A stretch of 56,597 nt of DNA from positions 1 through 56,597 of the IMG/VR virus record IMGVR_UViG_3300020470_005093; one strand, written 5' to 3'. Source of the stretch: a virus (lineage: Duplodnaviria > Caudoviricetes). The position numbers were made by a program, and so were the translations under genes. This document shows positions 1 to 7,166 of this stretch, piece by piece. The stretch's first letter is position 1; every line of letters begins with the position of its first letter. Below the pieces are notes generated by a model. That model saw only the letters and a list, made by a program, of their open reading frames with translations. It ran no database searches and had not been told where the DNA came from.

Positions 1-167
1 AATTTTTGAATATACTCTTCTGGAGATTCTTCTAACCCTATCTGACAATCCTCCGATCCATAGTTTCTTAAACCATAGTAAGGTGGAGATGTAACACAAC
101 ACCTTGCTTTTTCATCAAATTGTTTAAGAGTTTCTCTACAATCACCAAATAAAATGGTATCTTTCAT
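1..167 (-). CDS. N4/N6 DNA methyltransferase, N-terminal part (runs off window)
   Basis: Not in ORF track; manual translation MKDTILFGDCRETLKQFDEKARCCVTSPPYYGLRNYG contains GDC and the SPPY catalytic motif. Confidence 0.85.
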   Translation of the reverse strand, partial: MKDTILFGDCRETLKQFDEKARCCVTSPPYYGLRNYGSEDCQIGLEESPEEYIQK

Positions 168-182
168 AATAAAATAATAAGT

Positions 183-398
183 TTACCCCAACAATACTGG
201 TCTTAAATCTTCTTTTTTAACAAATAAACCTTCTAAATTATAATATAACTTATAACTCTCTGTCACAACATAATAACCCACAATAGAACTTCCATCACAA
301 TGATAACCATAATTCTTAACTTTTTCTTCTATGCCGTCTATTCTTAATTTCTTACTCCCATCTAAGTAAGAATGGTATCGTTCGTCTAAGTTAATCAT
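183..398 (-). CDS. hypothetical protein
   Basis: 71-aa ORF co-oriented with neighbours. Confidence 0.6.
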   Translation of the reverse strand: MINLDERYHSYLDGSKKLRIDGIEEKVKNYGYHCDGSSIVGYYVVTESYKLYYNLEGLFVKKEDLRPVLLG

Positions 399-466
399 AG
401 TTTTAAGAAGAATGTGTTGAGATTATAACATAGTTATATAAATTATCTATAAATTTAATATTGTCT

Positions 467-649
467 TTATAGTCTCGCAACATTATGTTCACATTGTGGA
501 GTACCATCAATTAACATATTTTTTATTTCTTCTTTTGCTTCAATAGTTAAATATTTGTCTGAACGAATGGTTTCTAACATAGAACTAATGTCAGAACAAT
601 CTATTAATGTAGCAAGAAGAACCTCTAACATGTTAACATATAATACCAC
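467..649 (-). CDS. hypothetical protein
   Basis: 60-aa ORF tightly packed with upstream ORF. Confidence 0.5.
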   Translation of the reverse strand: MVLYVNMLEVLLATLIDCSDISSMLETIRSDKYLTIEAKEEIKNMLIDGTPQCEHNVARL

Positions 650-651
650 AA

Positions 652-858
652 CTATTTAACAATTTCCCAATGATCATCACCACCTTCATACATTTCAAAT
701 GAATATCTATTTGAAATAGATGAGAGTTTAACTTTTCCATCACACCTACTCACCACTCTACACGAATGTAATCTATCCATGTTAGTATCAAATCTTGACT
801 GAGCAAGTGTTGATCGTGGTTTAACGCATATGAATTCAGTTTTCATTTTTGTAGACAT
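652..858 (-). CDS. hypothetical cyanophage protein
   Basis: ORF track 652..915; ATG at 858 (MSTKMKTEFICVKP) minimises overlap with upstream gene. Confidence 0.6.
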   Translation of the reverse strand: MSTKMKTEFICVKPRSTLAQSRFDTNMDRLHSCRVVSRCDGKVKLSSISNRYSFEMYEGGDDHWEIVK

Positions 859-1268
859 TTTGTTAAGTACTGGTTGTAAAGAATTTCTTCCATGATGTGT
901 GCTTGTTTCTCCCAAGGTTGATCGTCATAATCGGTTGCAGAATGATCTACACCCTTCCATAAACGAATACCATGCTTGTCTTTTAAATCCCCCTTGACAT
1001 GCTGATAAACATGCCACAGTTCATGTAAAAGAGTTTGTATATAGTCTTTAGGAGTTAGACGATTATGAATCTCAATCTCGAACTCACGAGGTCGATAGTC
1101 ACAATCCAATACTCCCACCCATCCAAAGACACCATCACGAAGCATCCCTCTATGGTGAATAGTAATGTCTATCTTATGTCGTGGTAAATAATTCATAACG
1201 AACCACTCCACAACATCATTACATGTTCTCTTACTGTATTTGCATCCAGAAGAACTAAAAGATAGCAT
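843..1268 (-). CDS. zinc metallopeptidase-like protein (HExxH)
   Basis: TLLHELWHVYQ motif and downstream PWEKQA; ATG at 1268 preferred over the non-ATG start at 1298. Confidence 0.75.
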   Translation of the reverse strand: MLSFSSSGCKYSKRTCNDVVEWFVMNYLPRHKIDITIHHRGMLRDGVFGWVGVLDCDYRPREFEIEIHNRLTPKDYIQTLLHELWHVYQHVKGDLKDKHGIRLWKGVDHSATDYDDQPWEKQAHIMEEILYNQYLTKCLQK

Positions 1269-1362
1269 AATTAAAAAATGATTGAGTAATTCTAACACCC
1301 CAGTTCATAAGAACCATGAACGAAGTGATAAAAATCAATTTTTCAGATAACGAATAACTCAT
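1255..1362 (-). CDS. small hydrophobic protein (35 aa)
   Basis: Manual translation MSYSLSEKLIFITSFMVLMNWGVRITQSFFNYAIF fills the gap and overlaps the next start. Confidence 0.55.
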   Translation of the reverse strand: MSYSLSEKLIFITSFMVLMNWGVRITQSFFNYAIF

Positions 1363-1382
1363 AATTAATTTCGAATATACAA

Positions 1383-1425
1383 ATTATACCATATACTACC
1401 CTAGCATCCCAGTATAGTGTGACAG
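1383..1425 (-). promoter_or_regulatory. putative early sigma70-type promoter (extended -10)
   Basis: Minus-strand TGGTATAAT (TATAAT at 1383-1388) upstream of the small-gene cluster; -35 poor; ACTGTCACAC further upstream. Confidence 0.4.
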
Positions 1426-1426
1426 T

Positions 1427-2119
1427 TTACAGACTGTCCACGAATTGAGCAAGATTATCAAACACTTTTACATCCTTATATTTTGTATTAATACCCTTCA
1501 AGAATTGTTTTTCTGTATCTGCACCCTTACCAGTTCTAACTAACACAGGAGTAGCACCTGCTTTCTGTGCCATCTTAATATCATCTATAGTATCTCCAAC
1601 ATAATATCCAGTTTTCCAATTAACACCTGCCTCTTGACTTGCTCTATTCAACATTCCAGTATTTGGTTTAGCATAAGGATCTTGCGGATTAGATGTTTGA
1701 TTAAAATAAAATCCATCAATACTAAAAATACCATTCTGACCAAATGTTTGCATCATATTGTTCATAATATTTCCAACATCATTACCAGTCAACAATCCTC
1801 TCTCAATATTTGGTTGATCTGAAAATATAACGAAACGATGTCCTTTTAATCTTAAAGAACGAATAGCATCTAATGATCCAGGAATGTATCTAACATCCTC
1901 ATACCTTTTAATAACATTCTTCCATTCAAGAATTACACCATCACGATCTACTCCTATAACTGGACCAGTAAAACTTTGGGGCCAATTATTAGGATTATAT
2001 TGAGAATATCCAGGTGGAGGTGTTTGTCCACCCTGTTGTTGTGGATACCCCTGTTGTTGAGGCATTGATTGTTGTTGAAATCCCTGTGGTGGGGGATTTG
2101 TTGATTTATAACGACCCAT
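1427..2119 (-). CDS. gmhB: D,D-heptose 1,7-bisphosphate phosphatase-like HAD protein with Q/P-rich N-terminus
   Basis: DRDGV, SDQ (usually TNQ), KPNTGM, VGDTIDD and LVRTGKG motifs of the GmhB/HisB-N family. Confidence 0.8.
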   Translation of the reverse strand: MGRYKSTNPPPQGFQQQSMPQQQGYPQQQGGQTPPPGYSQYNPNNWPQSFTGPVIGVDRDGVILEWKNVIKRYEDVRYIPGSLDAIRSLRLKGHRFVIFSDQPNIERGLLTGNDVGNIMNNMMQTFGQNGIFSIDGFYFNQTSNPQDPYAKPNTGMLNRASQEAGVNWKTGYYVGDTIDDIKMAQKAGATPVLVRTGKGADTEKQFLKGINTKYKDVKVFDNLAQFVDSL

Positions 2120-2121
2120 AG

Positions 2122-3909
2122 TTAAACCTTTTGTGTAGGTGGAACAAATACAGACTTCTCATTAGATAATTTAACCAATTTACCCAATTCAGGTAAATAC
2201 ATGTACTCTAATTGACTAGTATATAAAGTTTGAATAGCATCATCCAAAGTTTCTACTAATGGATGTCCTGCTAAATTAAAACTAGTATTGAATAGTAAAG
2301 GAACTCCAGATAGTTTATAAAACTCATTAATAAGATTATAATAGTTTTCATTCTGTTCTTTAGTAACAGTTTGAATTCTACAAGTACCATCTACATGAGT
2401 AACTGCTGGTATCTCACCTATATGCTTGTCTTGCATCTCCATAGCATACATCATATGAGGTGTCTCGTCAAGTCCACGCATTTGAAACCACTCTGCTGCA
2501 TGTTCTTGAAGCATAGAACCTGCAAATGGACGGAACCATTCCCTACCCTTTACTCTATTAACAAAGTCCTTACCTTTAGGATCTGTTGGATCATAAAGAA
2601 TAGAACGATTACCCAATGCTCGTGGTCCTGCCTCTGCTCTTCCTTGGAAAATAGAAACAATATTACGATCTTTAATTAATTGTGCAACCTCAGTAGGTGT
2701 TGTATCCGTTACTTCAATTAATTCATTATCTATATGTGCTTTTAAATTATCTAAAGTATAATTATATTCAGGACCAAGATAAAGAGTATTTAATCTTTCA
2801 GGCATTGGATATTCAACTTCTTCATCACCATTTTTACTTGCGTTTTCAGCAAATTTTTGCAGTCCAAAATATTTTGCATATCCAATCGCAGTTCCACCAT
2901 CATGAGATATTGGATCAACGTAAATATTCAACTCAGGAAATCTTTCTTTATAATAATAATTTGCTACAACATTTAATCCATAACCACCAGAAATACAAAT
3001 ATTATCTTCTCCAGTCATGTCAACTGCTTTTTCAATCAAATCACCTACATATTCCTGTGTTTCTTGTTGAACTTTCCATGCAATATTCTTTTGAGCATCT
3101 GTTATTTTTGCAGGATTCCTATGCCACTCATTAGGTTGACCCTTACTATGGGATAGATATGGAAATCTTTCCTTATCAATATATGAACCCATCGGATAAG
3201 CAGCAACAAAAACATTTTTATCCCCTCTCTTAGTATCTCTGTAAAAGAGATCAGGAATTTTATCATCTTGTCTACCATATGGAGCAAGTCCCATTGTTTT
3301 ACCTGCTTCAATAAATCCAAATCCCAAATAATCAGAGACTCCCTCATATGCTTTAACAGTGGTTACAGCAGAATCTACTTCAAAATCAGGTCTAGAAACT
3401 CTAGGAACCTGATTGTCACCATATCTCTTAAAAATAGGATCAAAGTCTCCAGGATAAGATGCTAAATATATGCTCTCAGTTTCTAATGCTTGCAAATTCA
3501 GTTCTTCATTATCAGATGCTTTAAGATTATGCCTACTACCACAACCATCAACAATTATACAAGCAGCACTTTCAAATCCTGAACCATAAAAAGTAGCAGC
3601 AGCATGTCCTAAATGATGTTCATTTCCAACTGCTAATACTTTTAAATTTGGATTAAATTTCCTAACCAATGCTTCATAAGAACTTTCACCAGTCCAAGGA
3701 AGTCTATGCTCTTCTTGCCCTGTTCCACATATAACCAAGAAATCTACATGATGGTCTTGCATTATATGAAGCATACCCCGAAAAGGATTGCCATCATACT
3801 TTTGACGACTCATCCTTTCCTCTTCAATATAATACTTTAATATACCATCAACCGTAAGTGCCACAGAACCATTGTGTCCTGGATTAATTGCCATCACATT
3901 CCAAGTCAT
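2122..3909 (-). CDS. carbamoyltransferase (NodU/CmcH/TobZ family)
   Basis: EEERMSRQK, HHLGHAA, GKTMGLAPYG, DGGTAIG, EAGPRALGNRSIL, REWFRPFA, HVDGTCRIQTV, NTSFN. Confidence 0.95.
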   Translation of the reverse strand: MTWNVMAINPGHNGSVALTVDGILKYYIEEERMSRQKYDGNPFRGMLHIMQDHHVDFLVICGTGQEEHRLPWTGESSYEALVRKFNPNLKVLAVGNEHHLGHAAATFYGSGFESAACIIVDGCGSRHNLKASDNEELNLQALETESIYLASYPGDFDPIFKRYGDNQVPRVSRPDFEVDSAVTTVKAYEGVSDYLGFGFIEAGKTMGLAPYGRQDDKIPDLFYRDTKRGDKNVFVAAYPMGSYIDKERFPYLSHSKGQPNEWHRNPAKITDAQKNIAWKVQQETQEYVGDLIEKAVDMTGEDNICISGGYGLNVVANYYYKERFPELNIYVDPISHDGGTAIGYAKYFGLQKFAENASKNGDEEVEYPMPERLNTLYLGPEYNYTLDNLKAHIDNELIEVTDTTPTEVAQLIKDRNIVSIFQGRAEAGPRALGNRSILYDPTDPKGKDFVNRVKGREWFRPFAGSMLQEHAAEWFQMRGLDETPHMMYAMEMQDKHIGEIPAVTHVDGTCRIQTVTKEQNENYYNLINEFYKLSGVPLLFNTSFNLAGHPLVETLDDAIQTLYTSQLEYMYLPELGKLVKLSNEKSVFVPPTQKV

Positions 3910-4853
3910 TATGAATTCTCCTTAATATGTTTTGTAATTTGAGTATAGATTTTACCTATTTGATCATCATCAAAATCCATCAAACGATCATTTAACCTAT
4001 CTGCTAAATGAGAATCAAATCCACATGCACGAATAGGAGAATATGTTTTTGCAACATTCTCATTCTCTATGATCTGGAAATAATCAGGATAAGAAATATT
4101 TTCAGCATAAGTTGATCCAAGAATAACTGTACCTGGAATATCAAATGCTCTTGCTACATGTTGACCTAAACTATCGCATCCAATAAAATAATCAACAGAT
4201 TCTATGATTGAACACCATGCTCTAAGATCAGGTATTTGTGGTTTCTCTGAAATTTGATCATCTTGCGATAATGCTTGACCAAATTCAGGGTCTGCCATCA
4301 ATATGATATTATATTTCTGAGATAACTTCTTAACCAACTGGAGATAGACATTAGGTTCTAATGATCTTGTACTATCGTCAATAATGTCTCCATTATCAAC
4401 TCTTGCTGATCTACCAAATGGTTGAATTACGATTGTCTTATCTTTACCTTGCTTTGCTTTAACTTGGGCTAACTGATTTGCTGCCATTTTCTCCTCTGCT
4501 TTACATAAGTAAAGATGAGGTTGCTCTAGATCTGAATGATCATCGGTCTCATTAATGATCTTATCAAATCCTTCGATTAACGAACACTTCTGATTATAGT
4601 AATCATGCAGTAAATATGGTTCAGGATGTATTAAATCATTATCTTTAATAAGAAGATTGAATAACCCCTTCACATCCATACTATATGTTTTATCTTGTAG
4701 AAGACGATTGCCATATAATAAAGAATCCCAACCACCTATAATAACTCCAAAATCTTTATCTGGATTCTTCTTTGCATATTTCTCAAGTGCAGGAATAGCA
4801 CAAATAACACGACCTGCTCCACCATCAAGGTGGAATACCTTTTTTCTAGACAT
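3909..4853 (-). CDS. glycosyltransferase family 9-like (heptosyltransferase-like)
   Basis: N-terminal DGGAGRVICAIP and C-terminal FIGCDSLGQHVARAFDIPGTVILG typical of GT9. Confidence 0.75.
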   Translation of the reverse strand: MSRKKVFHLDGGAGRVICAIPALEKYAKKNPDKDFGVIIGGWDSLLYGNRLLQDKTYSMDVKGLFNLLIKDNDLIHPEPYLLHDYYNQKCSLIEGFDKIINETDDHSDLEQPHLYLCKAEEKMAANQLAQVKAKQGKDKTIVIQPFGRSARVDNGDIIDDSTRSLEPNVYLQLVKKLSQKYNIILMADPEFGQALSQDDQISEKPQIPDLRAWCSIIESVDYFIGCDSLGQHVARAFDIPGTVILGSTYAENISYPDYFQIIENENVAKTYSPIRACGFDSHLADRLNDRLMDFDDDQIGKIYTQITKHIKENS

Positions 4854-4895
4854 AAGTAAAGACCAAATACCTTTGCATGTAATTCAATACACTGG

Positions 4896-4903
4896 TATTT
4901 ATT
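4896..4903 (-). promoter_or_regulatory. T4-like late promoter (AATAAATA)
   Basis: Intergenic, ~45 nt upstream of the GT9-carbamoyltransferase-gmhB run. Confidence 0.55.
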
Positions 4904-4929
4904 ATAGTCTAAAAACTGTAATTATGCAA

Positions 4930-6219
4930 CTATGTCGTAGTAACCCCCACAGTTGCTGCGAAACCAACAAATGATGCGCCTTCTTTTTTATATAAATTTT
5001 CAACATTAACATCTATCACGAAATTCCTACCAGCAATAACCGATTGTTGTTCCTCAACATCTCCTACAGTACCACCAGCACCAATCGTAGAAGCAATAGA
5101 AACAGTTATAGTGGATACTCCAGTTGTTCCTGATGGAGTAACTATTACGTTTCCTTGAGCAGGTGAAGTAATTATATCCTCAAATGGATAATTACGTACT
5201 CCTAATGTATAACCATATAATTCTGGAGCAGTTGTATTAGTATCAGTAATTATAATATTAAATGATCCACCAGCAACTACTTTAGTTGTACTTAATCCAA
5301 CAGTCTCACTTAAAGTTGGTCTGGTTTGTTCAACTAAAACACTCTTTGATCTCTCAAAAGTAACCACATCTCCAGTACCAATTCCAGATGAAATTGTAGA
5401 AGATAACGAAACTAACGGATGCTCAATTAGTCTTCTAAATTTAACAACGGCATCTGCATCTAAAGCAGATCCTATTGTAGATGCTAACGAAACTGTATTA
5501 TAAACAGTTCCACCAGCAGCAGCAGTTCCTACCCCAATAACTTTTTCAGAAATAGATCCAGACTCAAAAGTATCTCCTAATCCTATGTCTCCAATATCAT
5601 CAATTGCTATAGTACTTTGACCAACAGCTATATCATAACTCACAGCAGTTGTTTGTAGATCAATAATTGCATCTGTTTTAATACCTGCAACTGTACCAGT
5701 TATACTTCCTGTTTTTAATATATCACCAATCGAAACCTCACCAATATCATCTGTAGATATAATATCTGTTCCTACTCCACTAATTTCTCCTGTTTGAGTT
5801 GTATAAACCACAGTTGTTTCTGTACCATTTCCTACCCATGAAGTTGATCCTATTCCTAAAGGATCACTAAACTCAGGAATAAAAATATACACATCATCAG
5901 TAATTTCAGATTGTCCAGGTGCTAATGGCCAATCAGATTTAGCAAATTGATTAGGTGCTTTAGCATTTGATGGTAAATCACGCAATTTATCTCTATAGGT
6001 TGCCCATGCTGCTTTAGTAGTAGAATCTAATGCACCATCAGGAACTTGAGTCCAATCAGATGCTCCTAATGCACCATTTCTCCAATTTCTTAACTCATCA
6101 AGTCGTTGTTGTTTTGCACTTTCAAAAGCATCCATCTGCTCTTGCAATGATATCTGAGGATCTTTTGGACCCCCAGACTCAATTAACTCTCTTCCGTCTA
6201 CTGTAAAATGATGTCCCAT
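4930..6219 (-). CDS. tail-fibre assembly chaperone domain fused to Thr/Gly-rich beta modules
   Basis: LRNWRNGALGASDWTQVPD...WATYRDKLRDLP signature at the N-terminus. Confidence 0.7.
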   Translation of the reverse strand: MGHHFTVDGRELIESGGPKDPQISLQEQMDAFESAKQQRLDELRNWRNGALGASDWTQVPDGALDSTTKAAWATYRDKLRDLPSNAKAPNQFAKSDWPLAPGQSEITDDVYIFIPEFSDPLGIGSTSWVGNGTETTVVYTTQTGEISGVGTDIISTDDIGEVSIGDILKTGSITGTVAGIKTDAIIDLQTTAVSYDIAVGQSTIAIDDIGDIGLGDTFESGSISEKVIGVGTAAAGGTVYNTVSLASTIGSALDADAVVKFRRLIEHPLVSLSSTISSGIGTGDVVTFERSKSVLVEQTRPTLSETVGLSTTKVVAGGSFNIIITDTNTTAPELYGYTLGVRNYPFEDIITSPAQGNVIVTPSGTTGVSTITVSIASTIGAGGTVGDVEEQQSVIAGRNFVIDVNVENLYKKEGASFVGFAATVGVTTT

Positions 6220-6233
6220 TTTTTTAAATCTCC

Positions 6234-7166
6234 TTATTCGTATGCATCATTCGCATCTGGTGCTGATGATCCAGACCATACACCCACGTTAACTGGTAAG
6301 CAGCACGGCCAACCCCATATTGTCCAATTTGGTATTGGATGTGGTAGAGCAACATCACCACATGATGTGTTACCGTAACTACCACCAGCTAATGCTGACA
6401 TGAAGAAGCAATTAGCAAAGAAACATATTGCACAAACATAATTATTAGCCTTTTGATTTTTACTCCATGCCGTACATGCGTTGCAATATGGTATTCCCAT
6501 CATTCTATTACATTGTGCTGGAAAATCACTCCGCCAATAAGGATGCCCCATCCAACATAAATCCCACATCCAATCTGAGTTACAATTACAGTAAGGAGCA
6601 CGAGCACCTCCTGGAGCAGCTTCAAGTTTTAAATCAAACCATCCTAAATTATCCAATCCACTTTGACAATAGTAGCACCATTTTTGATCTGCTCCTATCG
6701 TACATCCACATGTCCTACATCTGCACCAATAACAAAAACAACAAGAACCCATTGGCCAATTATTACATGCACATATTAGCCAATAGGTTTGTTGGCAACA
6801 ACACATGCAACCATTACTACTGACTATTCCTGCACAGAAGTAGATATAACAACATGCTTTAATTCTTTGTCCTGCGAAACAAAATCTAAATCCTCTATAC
6901 TTATTAGTATCAAGATCAAACTTAAAACATCCATTTTCAAAACAATTTGTCCAACAGTTGCAATGACAAATTACAACGTAGCAATTATCAGTGGTTGGTA
7001 AGTAATTTAATGTAGGTCTACATGCAGGAGTTTTTAGATTTGTGCAAAACAGATCACAAACTGCCTTACATGCATATTGACATACTTCAGCAGGGGTAGG
7101 TCCACTTGCTCCTCCACCACCAACAGTTCCTCCAGATGCAGTTTTAGTGCTTACATAACGTGCCAT
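6234..7166 (-). CDS. Cys-rich putative virion/fibre protein
   Basis: 42 Cys in 310 aa (manual count); Gly-rich N-terminal linker. Confidence 0.7.
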   Translation of the reverse strand: MARYVSTKTASGGTVGGGGASGPTPAEVCQYACKAVCDLFCTNLKTPACRPTLNYLPTTDNCYVVICHCNCWTNCFENGCFKFDLDTNKYRGFRFCFAGQRIKACCYIYFCAGIVSSNGCMCCCQQTYWLICACNNWPMGSCCFCYWCRCRTCGCTIGADQKWCYYCQSGLDNLGWFDLKLEAAPGGARAPYCNCNSDWMWDLCWMGHPYWRSDFPAQCNRMMGIPYCNACTAWSKNQKANNYVCAICFFANCFFMSALAGGSYGNTSCGDVALPHPIPNWTIWGWPCCLPVNVGVWSGSSAPDANDAYE

